DNA from: Geosiphon pyriformis uo1
Taxonomy: Eukaryota; Fungi; Glomeromycota
Assembly (NCBI GenBank): GCA_016748015.1
Contig: JAAOMT010000352.1
Coordinates: 124,001 to 188,000 of the forward strand
Direction of reading: 5' to 3'
Length of the DNA: 64,000 nt
The notes beneath the pieces are model-generated. The model made no database searches. It was not told the origin of the DNA and saw nothing but the letters and a program-made list of their open reading frames with translations. The translations under genes were made by a program, and so were the position numbers. Of this stretch, positions 12,473 to 24,647 are shown in pieces. Within the stretch, counting starts at the first letter, position 1. Every line of letters begins with the position of its first letter.

Positions 12473-15154
12473 GCGCACCTTCAAAGGGTGAGAGTGCAAG
12501 CCAACCAGAAGAAAACCCCTTTTACATTTTTAACTTAACTGATGATGACCATGACATGGATGAATTAGCAATCAACCTCTCTGAATCCACAAGAAAGAAG
12601 AAAAAAGCCAAAGTTGATTTCGTTCTAGACCCCAATAAAGCTTTTACATCAACTGCTAACAACAATGAGCCCCCAAAAGCCAAAGTTTTCAAGAACTCTC
12701 CAAAGTTAGAACCCCCAGAAATAGTACAAAAATCCGGTTCCTATTCTGTTGTCAAAGACCTTATGAAAACCCCAGCACATATAACCTTTGGCCAATTAAT
12801 GACCCATCCACAATTCAGAAAAGATCTTCGCAAATCCCTGATTCCAAAGAAAAAGACACCCAAAACCAACAAACGCTCTCGCCAAGCTAGACTTGCTGAC
12901 AATAGCAATGTTACTCCTCTAATTTGTAAAGCCCAAGTGGCTGGCTACTTCATTGATTTGATCCTAGACAGTGGATCATCTGTTAGTGTTATTGCCAAAC
13001 ACTTTCTTGAAGCAATTGGCAGAAAAATTGATGAATCATCCACACAACCAATGACCAATGTGCATGGTAATAAGAAAAAAGGGCTTGGCATAGCCAAAGC
13101 TATTCCTGTCTGCATCAATGGCATCAGCATTGAAACTGATATGGAAGTGTCTGAAGCAAAAGAATACACCATCATTGTTGGCAATGAATGGCTCAAGAAA
13201 GCAAAGGCTTTGCTTGATTATGAACTCTGTGAACTAACCATTAGATGTGATGAAAAACCCATTGTGGTTAAGTGTTGCCATTGAACAACTCCCCCAGTAC
13301 CCAAGCAGAGCCCAGAAGAAAATGAATCAGATGAATCAGATGATGAAGAAAGTGAGGAAGAAGAAGAACAAGAAGAACAAAAAAGAAACTGCTGAACTTG
13401 CCTATACCATCTTCACTAGCAATGGCAAACCACTGGATAATGTCAAGGCAAATAAAAAAGGAATTATTGTCAATGGCAAGCTGATCTGCTGGTCTTATTA
13501 TGACATGCTCAGAAGAACCTTTGACAGAAAGCCAGACAAGAAAGCCAAATACAGTTATTGGTAGCATGGTCCTTGTGCCCAGTACTGGTGCAACAAACCA
13601 TTGTATTTTCCTAGCGATGAATGCATGTCCTGCCTGATCTATTACAAAGATTGGGAACTAATCAGCTTGATACCCCGAGAAGAAATAAAAGAAGTCCAAA
13701 AGTCCTTTGAAAACGAACCACCTGAAATCCAATCATTGGTTGTAGAACAAAGAGAACCCTCTTCAGAAAAAAGAAAAGTAGACATTGAAAACCTGCTGGC
13801 TTGAAACAGCCCAGTTATCTCAAAAGAAGGTGAACCTCCTGGACATACACATGTGATACAACACACCATCATCACCAGAGAAACTTGCCCCATCCATTTG
13901 AAGCCCTATCAATCCAACCGGCACAATGATGAGTTTATCAAAAAGGAAATAACCCAAATGAAAACTCTTGGATTCATACAGAAAACCAAGAGTGAATGGG
14001 CATTCCCAGTTGTAGTGGTATTTAAGAAAGGAAGAACCCTATGCTTTTGTGTTGACTATTGCCAATTAAATGTCATTACTGAAAGAGACATGTACCCACT
14101 TCCCAAGATTGATGCAATGCTAGACCAATTCCATGGTGCTACTTTCTTCTCAACCATTGACTTAATTGCTGGATTCTGGCAAGTAGAGATGGATCCAGAA
14201 AGCAGAAAAAAAACTGCCTTCATCACCAAGTATGGTACCTACAAATTCACAGTCATGTTTTTTGGTCTCACAAATGCTCCTCCCACATTTCAACGCTTAA
14301 TGGACAAAGTATTTGAATCAGTAAAAGAAAACTTTGTTCTAGTCTACTTGAACGACATAATGGTATACTCAAAAACATGGGATGAACACCTTGAACATCT
14401 GCAAAAGGTTTTTAACCTCTTTAGAAATGCTGGTCTCAAGATCAATCCAATCAAATCATTCTTTGGACGTCAATTCACCCAGTTTCTTGGCCATCTTATT
14501 ACAAAAGATGGAATCTTCCTTGATCCAGCCAAAATTGAAAAAGTTCAAAACATTAGACAACCAATGAATGTTTATGAACTACGCTCTTTTCTTGGTTTGG
14601 CCTCTTATTATCGCAAGTTTGTCAAGGATTTCTTCAAAATCACTGCTCCTCTCAATCAGCTACTTAGGAAAAACATCAATTATTACTGGGGCACTCATCA
14701 ACAAAAAGCATTTGAAATTCTGAAGGAAAAACTGGTTACAGAACCCATCCTTATGCAACCTAATTTGGATCAATTTTTTATCCTTCACACTGATGCATCT
14801 GGCTATGGACTTGGTGCTGTTTTTTTCCAAAAAGATGAAGATAACAGAGAACACGCCGTAGCATATGCCAGTAAAACTCTCACACCAGTAGAAAGAAACT
14901 ACTCAGTTACTAAGCAGGAATGCTTAGTAGTAGTTTGGGCTATCAGCTACTGGGACAAATATCTTAAGAGTGTGAAATTTTTGGTGGTAACAGATCACCA
15001 AGCTTTGGTTTGGCTACGTAACAAAAGAAACCTGGAACATAAATGGATAACTCGCTGAATACTCCACTTGGATGAATTTGACTATGACATTCAACACCGC
15101 AAAGGAGCTAATCATCAAAACGCCGATGCTCTCTCCAGACTTATTATCCAGTGA
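12460..15154 (+). pseudogene. pol: Family A protease, acidic/Cys-rich linker, RT and RNase H
   Basis: LILDSGS protease motif; RT VDY.QLN, YPLPKID, FGLTNAP, YLND (YLDD in the copy at 29382); RNase H TDASGYG, VTDHQAL, NADALSR, then TGA TAG TAA. Confidence 0.93.
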
Positions 15155-15213
15155 TAGTAAAACCCTCTCAAACCAAACCAACTTAATTATTTGTAACTCC
15201 CCCACAAACAAAC

Positions 15214-16528
15214 ATGATAATGGACTTGGACAACTACTCTGCTTTAATGAAATTTTTGGGTAAAGGACAATATCTGCCAGACTATATTCGACAGCAAAGA
15301 GAACATTTGCACAAACAATCAAATTTCTATTTGATTTGCCAGAACCAGTTATATAAAAGAAATAAAAAAGATCCTGACCACCCCCAGAGAGTTATTAGAT
15401 TTGAAGAAAGAGAAATTGTAATCTACAATATGCACACTGATCTATTAGCTGGACACTTTGGAAAAACAAAAACAATTCAGAAAACTTTAGCTCGCTATTA
15501 TTGGCCTACCTTGGGAAAAGACATTGCTGAATACATCAAAACCTGTAATACCTGCCAAAAAAGAGGAAAACCCAATTGCAAGAAAGATATCCGTCCAATC
15601 TCTGTTGGTTAACCATTTAATAGAATTGGTATAGATGTTGTTGGACCTTTAACAGTAACTTCTGATGGCAACAGATACATTATCACAGCTACCGACTATC
15701 TTACAAAGTGGATAGAAGCAAAAGCCACTCCAGATCAAACAGCAGTCTCAATTGCCAATTTTATTTATGAAGATATTATCTGTCACCACAGCTGCCCCAA
15801 AGAACTTTTATCTGATAAAGAAAGAGCTTTTCTCAGTACACTGGTTGAAGAACTTTGCAGAAAAATGGAAATACGTCATAAACTCTCTTCCCCTTATCAC
15901 TCCCAAACAAATGGCCTAGTAGAACGTTTTAATAGAACACTATGTAAAACCTTAGCCAAAACCAGTGAAGAAACCAACCTATGGGACAAAGTATTGCCTT
16001 CAGCCTTGTTTGCTTACAAAACTGTGAATTATGACATAACAAGTTATGAATCCTTTTATTTGCTCTATGGACGAATGACAACTCTACCAATAGAAACAGA
16101 TATAGAAACAATACCTTTAGAAGAAATAACAATAGGAGATTACAAAGACATTTTGCAAAGAAGACTTGATACCATTCTTGATTCATTAGTAGAAGCACGG
16201 ATAATTGCCTTTGAAAAGATAAAACAGGTTCAAGAGAAGCTCAAAAAGAAAAAGACCTATAAAACACTTTCCTTAAGTGTTGGTAACTTAGTTTTGGAAT
16301 ACCATTCAGACAGAGACAATGTCTATGGTGATAAATTCTCTAGCTGGTGAAAAGGACCTTTTATAGTCAACAAAGTTTTGAACAATGGTTCTTATATCTT
16401 ACAAGATCAATATGGAACAATATTCAGTGATCACCCTGTTTATGGCACATGACTCAAGAAATATTACAAACGACTTGATTGGTTATCTGTTGTGGTAATA
16501 CCGACCCAAATGATCAGCAAAAATTAGA
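15214..16528 (+). pseudogene. Family A integrase, stand-alone ORF with internal stops
   Basis: HTDLLAGH...CNTC, IGIDVVGP, LSDK, NGLVERFN, W.GPF; no chromodomain seen. Confidence 0.92.
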
Positions 16529-16574
16529 TATAAATAAATGCACCATTCCCAAAACAGAGATATCTTCAATCAAC

Positions 16575-17231
16575 ATGAACAATTATTTCCTGGATCAAAA
16601 CATTCAAAACGCTTTCTATACTTTCCATGAGTACTGAATCAAGAACTATCCAAATGCTACTCTGACTATCGGAAAACAAACCACTATAACAGACAACAGT
16701 GGAATTCACACTGTTATTAGACCAAAGAAAACAACTACCAGAAGAGAAAGAATTGGTGGCAAAATGGATAAATACCTGCTGGAAAGCATAACAGCAGTGA
16801 TATTTTTATCTTTCAGCACAATTGGAAAAACAATACAAGAAATCTTGCCCATAAACAAAAACTTGTCATATGGAAGACAACTAGAACTCTATGGTCGTCT
16901 TAGTGAAATCATAGAAGACATGAAGCTCATAAAGAAAACAACTTCAGAGATACAAGTGGAAATTTTGGGCATTATACAATTGGATGTCCCAAGAGTTTTG
17001 ACCATTGCTAGAAGAGCCAGAACTCTAATACAAAGATTTGGTCTCTTGAATACAAAGCTTATTTTGCCTCAAGTACTATATACTCTATTCACAAAAGACT
17101 TCAACAAACTAGTTAGTTTTGAGTTAGACAAAACCCTTCACATAGACTATCCCATAAATAGTTTGATTTCGCCGGAGCTCAATCTCTTTGGAAAGGATGA
17201 TGTTATGGTTGAAATACATAGTTTTTATTAA
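16575..17231 (+). CDS. Family A ORF-X, unknown ~218-aa protein (one TGG>TGA stop at 16635) reading into the 3' LTR
   Basis: ATG 16575 is in frame with ORF 16764-17231; the second copy has TGG at the same codon (~41323). Confidence 0.75.
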
Positions 17232-17866
17232 TTATCACATGTATTAGCCATTGATGTCATATAATTAGCCACCCTATTTTTAGATAGTGATTGTTGACCT
17301 AATCAATAACCTGACTGTTGACCTGATCATTGACCTGGTCGTTGACCATTTTAGACAGCTATATAAGTGATGATTCCCTCAGCTGTAGAAAGACATGATC
17401 AAAGTAACAAAATAAACAATATTAATTACTTCCTCTCATAATCGCTTATTCCCCTTTCCTTACCTTCAAGTATCTACTTGTTGGCATTCACATACCTTAT
17501 CTTTTCCCCTTCTTAATTTGTATTTGTTAGAATTAGCCTAAGAAGCAATTGGCTTGCTCTTGTAATTCATTGAATAAAGAAATGATTGAAAAATACAACG
17601 ATACCTGTTATTGATTCTAAAAATCGCCGAGTTGAGGCATAGAATAATAGCAGCAGTGTTATCTTGTTGACAATCACGGACTATTCCTCTACCTTCAAAT
17701 TTAAGAAAAGATTAGCGACTGTGATTTTTATGAGACTAATCATGCACATTGAATTCCTACTTATTCAATTTGCTCCCTTATTGTAATTCTTTCTTTGTTT
17801 ATTTTCATTACCATACAATACTGTTCTCCCTTGCTATCTGTTAGCTTGTTACTCCAACCTGTAACA
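17201..17866 (+). repeat. Family A 3' LTR
   Basis: TG...CA ends, PPT upstream, 4 array units. Confidence 0.95.
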
Positions 17867-17870
17867 ATGT

Positions 17871-19240
17871 ATTGTAAAAGTGTATAATAATAGTGTTATT
17901 TTTTATTTCACATGTCAATTGTCTCCAAATTTTTGTTTCTGGATTGAAGTCAATCTTTTGTGATCTATGTGCATTTCAAATTTCTGGCTTAAGCATTTCT
18001 TCTATTTAATAACTGTCCAATAAATTGCTAAGTGTTTTAGTATGGGTGTTTCATAATTTTTTTTGGCTGGCATTAAGCTTTGGCTGGCATATGCTACTGG
18101 ATGTTCTCTTCTATCTGGTTTTTTTTGTGATAATATTACTCCTAATATTTGATCTGATGCATTAGTGGTAATAATAAATGGTTTGCTATAATCTGGATAG
18201 ATCAGTACTGGAGCTTGAATGAGCTTTTTTTTTAGTATGTTAAAAGCTTTTTGTTGTATTTTAGTCTATTTATATTGAACATTCTTGGTTTGTAGATAAT
18301 ATAATAATTGAGCCAGTTTGAAAAAGTTTTTGATAAAGTAATAATAGTATCCTGCGAATTCCAAGAATACTTGTAATTCAGTCAGGTTGGTGAGTACTAA
18401 AAAAGACTTAACTATTTCAATTTTATCTGGATCTGTTTTAATGCTCTTTTTGTTTATGACATATCTTAAAAACTTGAGTTCTGTCTTGTCAAAGAAACAT
18501 TTAATTGCATTTAGTTTCAATTCTGCTCTTTTTAGTCTTTTAAACATTTGCTAGAGATAATGAAAATAATCATCAAATGTTTTTAAGAACACATTGGTGT
18601 TATCTAAGTACACGACTACTGATTTTCATAGCAGTCTGGTGTAAACAATTTCTATTAGCTGTTGAAATGTAGTTGGTATATTGGTTAAGCCAAATGGTAT
18701 TACTTCAAATTCAAAATTTTTTTCTTTCATGGTAAATGCTATTTTCTCTTTATCTTCTGAATTCATAGCTACTTGCTAGTAACCACTATCTAGATCTAAT
18801 GTCAAGAACTATTTCTTTCCTCCAAAAGTGTCAAATAATTTCTGAATCCATGAAGTTGGATAATTGTCTTTACAAGTTACACTATTGAGTTTTCTGTAAT
18901 CCACACAAAAGTAAATTTTCTCATTTTTCTTATGAACTAGTACCACTAGTGACAATTATGGGCTCATTAATAGCTAAATTAGCCTGTTGTCAAGCATCTA
19001 ATGGATTTCTTGGCAAATAATCTCATGGCTAGCTGGTAGTATTCAGTATGTTCTTTGTTTGATTGACATTGCATCTTTAGTCTTGATTTGGTGCTGAATT
19101 ATGTTAGTTCTGCCAAATTCATTTTCACTTGTAAAAATGTCAATAAAATTGTTAAGTGATATTTTAAGTTGTATATGTTGAAGTGGGTCTAAGTTTCCCA
19201 TGTTTATTTGTTTCAATTGTTTTGGTTGGAGCAAATAACA
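17871..19240 (-). pseudogene. pol: Family B RT and RNase H
   Basis: ORF 18266-18547; VYLDNTN, PFGLTN, TTDASD; continues at 10095 across the nested A element. Confidence 0.9.
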
Positions 19241-19619
19241 TTTATTCTATTCATAGATGGTTTGTGATATTATGTCGATGTATCTACACAGTTGTGAAAA
19301 ATTTAGAATGAAGTTTGGTGGTTGGTTTTCAATTTCAGTGGTTAAATATTCAATGATAGTTCTTTTTGGTATCTCAATAACATTTTTCGTGTTGTTGTAA
19401 ATAGAAATTTTGATGTGACTGTGGTTTTTGGCTGATATGTGTAGATTGACTAATCCAATCCTTCCTGATTTACAAACAGTTGGTTCCACTTCAAAATTTT
19501 GTGCCTGATCTTTTACTTTTTTTTTTATTGTTAACATATGTCTGTTATATGGTAAAATAGAAATTGTTTGACAGATAGAAATAATTTTTTTTTTGTCAAC
19601 AATTTTTTCCTCTGCCATG

Positions 19620-20050
19620 TTAACTGGTACATCTATTCTATCTATGGATCTGAATCCACTTATCTCTCTTGCTGTTATCCCTAATTCTTTCCAGTTTCCT
19701 ACTAATATTAACTGAGCTATTTTAACCAGAGGCAGAAATATTGTCTGTGCTATTTTTTTGTTTGGTTCTATGATGTAGGTCTTTTCTGAATTATTTTGTA
19801 GTATTGCAATAATATTTTCCACATATTTTGTGTCAATTATTTCTCCTCTTATATTAATCTTTTTTTTCACTAAACTACTTCTCAATACTAGTTGAACTAT
19901 TGTTGTTGCTGAAATTTTTAGTGCTATTTTAAGATCAATGCTTGTACACAAGTGTGGTTCTAATTTGATGGCTTTTTTTCTAGGATATCTTAGATCAAAC
20001 CCTGCATTAATATCATGTACATGTTCTAACATGATATTTTCATTATTATC
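19620..20050 (-). CDS. dut: Trimeric dUTPase domain in family B pol
   Basis: Motifs AGFDL, RSSL, G.IID..Y, KIAQ and REISGFRS (RG..GFGS) in order in ORF 19247-20032. Confidence 0.9.
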
Positions 20051-20249
20051 ATTAAACTATTTAAGTTTCTGCTCCTTAGTGAGGTCAGGAAGTGTGATAT
20101 ATTGTTCTAAGTTTGAATTAAAGTTTGAACTGCTGCTATTGTTATTGCTATTTTGAACAGAACTGGAACTGTAGTTGTTATTGTCATTGGGGTTTGAATT
20201 GGAATTGAACTGTGATTTCAATTCCAATGTGCAGCTGCTGATTGGTTTG

Positions 20250-21530
20250 TGTTTTTTTGGAATCATGTAAATCATGTACAGTAGTGGATTGTAAACAATG
20301 TTATAATCATTACAATATTTGAAATCACTGGAAATTAGGCAATATTTGCACAGTCTCGCATTTAGTTGTTTTAACTACTGTTCTTGCTCTTTTCAGGTAA
20401 GTGCTAAGTTTTGATAATGTTTATAGAACTCTTCTAGACCAGCTTTAATGTCCAAAAAAGCATCAGGATAATTGTTTTTTATTTCCAGGATCTTACTGAA
20501 TAAAGCATTTTCTATTTTGGCATTGACCATTTGCCAGATTTCATCTTTGTTATATGGATAGCCATCCAAGTGAGAAATCACTTGGTGCCATGTGGCAGTA
20601 ATAGATGTGCTACAACTAACCCAGTCACTTATGAAGATTGTGTACTGACATGAAGCATCACATATTTCTCCTCAACCAGGAATGTTATTCCATATTTTTT
20701 TGTTGAGTAACTGTTTTCCACAAGCAAAACATGGTTTATTGTTCCACTTGTTTTGTTATTTTGGATAGCCATACCATTTTCTGTGACACAGCTTGCAGTA
20801 ATAGTGGGTTCACATTCAGTAATCTTTGTTGGGCACTATTTAAGCTCCCATGGAAGAAAGTTTCTTGCCACAATCTTGGCATTTGAGTGGAATGTATGGT
20901 AGTTCTTTGATAGATTCATGTGAGTATGATTATTCCCAGCCACTGGTTATTTCTTCTGTGACTATAAGTTTTTCATGTTTGTCCTCTTCTTTTCCTTTCC
21001 TTTTGTTATTTCAAAAGAGTACTGGTGGCAGTTCATTGTGATTGGTGTTAGCCCACAAGACTTGGTAGGCTTTCCAGGTAGGTTTATTTACTTCTTCTTT
21101 CTCAAATTTGATTAATAGTGTTGGTATAGTAGTGGTCTTAAAATGTCCATAAGTGGCTGGTATACATGTGTGTTGGCCATTTTGGCTGAGCTGTAGCTCT
21201 TGGGTGTTCCAGTCAAGCACAGTATTGGTCTTGGACAGCCAGTTGTTACTAATGAAAGCTTGGTACTAAGTAGCTTCCATTACCAATACCTTGATTGGTA
21301 TTATGATGCTGTTGAGTTCAAATGGAAAGTCATCTATTTCACTGATTGGGGTTTTTGTCATTCCATCTGCAGTAATGATTTGGGCATTGGCAGCATGATT
21401 AACTCAGTGATCTAATTGGTTTATAAATTGTTTTGTGATGATACTGCCTGCTGAATCACTGTCTAATATTAGTTTAATGGGGTAACCATCAACTTTGGCA
21501 TCTGTATACATTGCTGTGATGAATTTTGCA
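20250..21530 (-). pseudogene. pol: Family B protease followed by a Cys-rich domain
   Basis: KLILDSDS (DSG-derived); CQDC, YYCKLC, CFAC, LCKYC...YCNDY clusters. Confidence 0.85.
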
Positions 21531-22099
21531 TCAAAAGCAGCTTTACTGAATAATAGTATGCTAGTTGATTCTACTTTAAATAGAAAAATTGCTGCAAGGG
21601 ATTCGTTTTCAGTAACAGTTGCTAGTGGAATATTGTTGATAAGTGGTTTCTGGTTGATTTCCAAGTGGTTGAGTAAGGTGTCTTTGGGGTTAACTAGAAG
21701 ACTTAAATAGTTTTGAAAATTTGGGTTTTGAAAGTACCTGGTTTCCAAACTCTGCTGGCATGATCCAGATTGTTGGTTGAAAGAACTAGGAATCAGTTAA
21801 TAGACTACTATTGCCAATTTTCAGTTTTGTTGGGTCATTTTTGGCCTTTGGTTCTTATGTAACATTGGAGCTGGGTTTTGTGACAGTGTTCAAATCAGTT
21901 GTAGTTGATAAATTATTTGTGGCTGCAGAGTTTGATAAATTACTGATACTGTTGACTAATATATTGGAGATACATATATTGGTTGCTGTGTTATTTGAGT
22001 GTAATAAGGTTGATATTGATCCTAATTTAATTAATAGTTTGGAGTTTGAAATCTGTGATCAGGGTTTTGGTATTGATTTTCTGATCATAAACTGCTATA

Positions 22100-24646
22100 A
22101 AAACAGCAGTTGGCTTTTAGGTAATCTTATTTATCATAATTGTGGCATGTACATGTCTCAGTCTGCCACAATTAATTGGTTGATGACAATGATGGCCACA
22201 ACTGATTTTGAAAGCGATTTGGGACTCCTTAATTGTTATGTTATTATGAGGTTTGATAAATTGTGTAATTGTCAACTAAGTATTTTTTCAGTTTTTGATT
22301 AATTGAATTACTGAATTGTTTCCATTTGGAATCCAAGTTAGATGATTTGTTTATCACTAAATTGACAGCTTGGGCATAGTTGGCTTTGAGTTCAGCTGCT
22401 TTAAAATCTCTGGCATTTGTAATTATGGTTTAAAAATCTACTGGGTATAATGAACATATGCGTTACAGGATGTTATTGCACAGATCTCTAATGAATTAAT
22501 TTAAAATTTGCAGCACTGTGAAATAATTGGCTTGTATTGCCTGAATTTGGCACAAATTTTTATGGAAGTGTTCTAGAAAAGTAGTAACTGCTTCAGTTTT
22601 TTTTTGCTTAATTGTGGTGAAAGTATTGGCTAAGCAATTAATACTATTATTGTTGCTAAAATATCTCAAGAACTCTGTTTTAAATGCATTGAAGATGATT
22701 GGTTTGTTGACCAAGCTTTAATACCATGAATCAGCAGTATCTTGTAAAAAGTATGGAATGATCTGTAGGGCTTTAGTGTCATCTCAATTGTTAGCAGTGA
22801 TTGCTTTGGCGACATTATTGAACCAAGCTTGGACATTATTCTTTTTGTCAGTAAATTTTTCTAATTTGGTAATAGAAATGTATGCTATTGGTACTAGTAG
22901 TAGTTGTTGTTGTTGTTGTGGTTGAGGTTGCTGTTGTAGTGGCTGCTAAGATAGTGGTAACTATTGTTGTTGCTGTTTGTTGATTGGTGGGACTGGTGAT
23001 GGATCAATTATGATTACTAAAGATAAGTTTTGAAGAATAATAGGAGTGGTGTTTGGATTATTCTGCTTTTGCTGAGTTGGAATGATCAGGATTTGAATTT
23101 CCATGTTTTCTGAAATCAGATTTTGACTATTAATTTCTTGATCGCTATCTTCTTTTTCCTCTGAGTTAGTTATCTCTCAAGGATTAGTGGCTCCAAAATC
23201 TGGTTGTGGTGGTGATAATCAAATTCCTAATGATTTTGGAAATCACAATTTAAATCCTTCAAAATAATTACCATACATTCCTAATAATTCTGCTTTCTTT
23301 TGTTTACTTTGAAATAAGATTCTGTTCAATAATATTGTCACACTTGCTGTCAATATGTCTATTATATTAATAGTGCTTCCAGTGTTACAGTTCAAGAATT
23401 TAATAGAAATTATAAATAATATAAATTAGCCAATCATGAAATAGCACAGCAACAATTTATAAAAAGAAATGATTTACAATAGTAGCAAGCACTATTGTGC
23501 AAAAGCAACAAGTATTATTTAGAAATAATAAAAATAGAGTATTACAAGACATTATTTTGTAAAACAATAATTATATATATATACAATAGTTTTTAATGAT
23601 GAAGAAAAAAACAGTTTCAACTCAAAGCAACAAATATTTAAATAAAATCTTATTTAAAAAGAATTAATAAAAATAATAAATTGAATGAACATCATAATTA
23701 CAAGATTAACAATAAAATTTACATACCCTCTCTAGCAAATAAAACTATTATTTCATCTTTGAATCCTTTAAAAGAATAATCCCTGATCAAGATTATTCAT
23801 GTGGTTACTAATTAAATTGAAAAAACTTTATTATATACTTAAAGAAATCAAGAAAAGACCATTAACATTCTATGTTTCTAGATTAGAAAAACACATTAGA
23901 CAATTGCAAGAATAGCCTCAGAGAAGACCTCAGACAGTGGGTAGATTTTAGATTAGCCTCTGGAAAGGAGTACACAATATACAAAGACAACTAGAATTAA
24001 AAATGAAAAGACTTATATCACAACATTAAGAGAAAATCTTCAATACATTATTATTAATATTCAACACATAAAATAAAGAAACTCACGAGAGACTGATTGC
24101 AATTAAAACAGGATATCAACAATTAAAATATACCAAAAAAACACTTCCATAACACTAAGTGTATGGTGATATGATGGATTGGCAGGTAAGTTAAATTTTT
24201 GTTTCTTCCAAGTAAATAATTGTATTTGCTTTGGAATTTTTGCTGGTGTTTATAACCTTCCTTTTTTTTTGTTTACAAAAGTGATAAGAAATCTTTGTTT
24301 AGTGTATTTTTTCAATTTTCCTGTTTATTTCTGTAATTATTGTTGCAAATAGATGATTCTGTGGTAATGTAATGTTTTGAAGTAGTTTACTGAAGAAATT
24401 GTTAAAGGCAGATTTTGGATTTTCTTGTCCTCTCAAGTAATATACAATTTTTTCATTGACATAACAATTGAAAGCTGATTTTGTTGGCCAATTATTATTT
24501 AATTCCAGATGACTTTTGTAGTACTGAAATAAGAATTTTGCAAATCCCAAGTGGTTTGTCTCTGTTTTTTTTAATTCTACCACTGTTTCATATGGTTGTT
24601 GCTGGTGGTGGTTTTTTGTTAGATTAAACCTCACAGAAAGCACCAA
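22100..24646 (-). pseudogene. gag: Family B gag with a long N-terminal extension, split by a solo LTR
   Basis: IAYISITKLEKFTD...FKTEFLRYFSNNNSIN; ORF 24299-24646 matches 31656-32084 and 52904-53344. Confidence 0.85.
23383..24154. repeat. Solo LTR of a fourth type (D)
   Basis: TGTTACAG...CCATAACA, 772 bp; host gag resumes on both sides; degenerate TSD CCAG/CTAA. Confidence 0.75.
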
Positions 24647-24647
24647 A

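Larger units (their letters stand above)
10096..17866 (+). mobile_element. Full-length family A Ty3/Gypsy element, best-preserved A copy
   Basis: LTRs start at 10096 (TGTTACAG) and 17201 (TGTTATGG), 3' LTR ends GTAACA at 17866; PPT GGAAAGGATGA 17190-17200; TSD GTGT (10092-10095)/ATGT (17867-17870) inside family B RNase H. Confidence 0.95.

Noticed and set aside
16575-17231. ORF-X as an envelope gene
   Set aside because: Too short, with no evident signal peptide, furin site or C-terminal transmembrane helix.
19620-20050. dUTPase as a direct counter-defence against the C>T hypermutation
   Set aside because: dUTPase cleans the nucleotide pool and cannot prevent deamination of integrated DNA; B copies are at least as mutated as A copies.
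21811-22302. Antisense ORFs (e.g. 21811-22302, 50094-50435, 13268-13567) as genes
   Set aside because: They are shadows of gag or pol on the opposite strand with no recognisable motifs.
24620-24647. tRNA gene
   Set aside because: Only ~17-20 nt of tRNA-like 3' end next to an LTR, which is a PBS.
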